From the NCBI RefSeq assembly GCF_032062105.1, contig NW_026937360.1:682001-746000 (forward strand): a DNA stretch of 64,000 nt, written 5' to 3'. The notes under the pieces were generated by a model. It searched no databases. It saw only the letters and a program-made list of their open reading frames with translations, and was not told the origin of the DNA. This stretch comes from Saccostrea cucullata. Taxonomy: Eukaryota. Made by a program: the position numbers and the translations under genes. Of the stretch, positions 63,765 to 64,000 are shown one piece after another; position 1 is the first letter of the stretch; each line of letters starts with the position of its first letter.

Positions 63765-64000
63765 TGTATCTACATTACACTGATTTAGATCTTGTTGATG
63801 ACATGTTTTGATTAATTTACTTATTTGTGAAATTTTGCCAAAATAATGGCTGATTGTTATGACGAAACCAGGTTTGTTACAAGACATTAAAAATTATCCA
63901 TTTTATTTTTAACTTGATTAAGCTATATAGCTTGATTTAGCTATATACTATTCAGAATAGCTTGATTAAGCTATTTTGTAAGATCAAATGTGTTATTTTT

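Overview
AT-rich, intron-containing animal DNA. The repeat families and gene types suggest a bivalve such as an oyster; this is inference, not proof. I assembled genes by hand from GT-AG splice sites, and most short ORF-track entries are noise or single exons. (1) 2.9-36.7 kb holds a convergent cluster of four paralogous type-I membrane protein genes: A and B on +, D and E on -. Each has a signal peptide, a 12-Cys two-module ectodomain starting C-x-F/L-P-x3-G-x-W (DUF7042/7043/7044-like), one TM helix and a variable cytoplasmic tail. A, D and E share short tail motifs. Two small related Lys-rich genes lie between the pairs. (2) 37.6-58.1 kb is almost all repeats: a 9.5-kb TTAA-flanked foldback (Sola3-like) element with two nested elements, one packed with RFX X-box-like palindromes; a ~370-bp tandem array with a Kolobok-like insert and an inverted last unit; and a Helentron-type element containing a DNA element containing an RNase H LINE fragment. 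(3) 58.6-63.3 kb is a 3-exon gene (~1001 aa) for an nSTAND3-like NTPase-ankyrin protein with degenerate Walker A and B motifs and a SIM-like acidic N-terminus.
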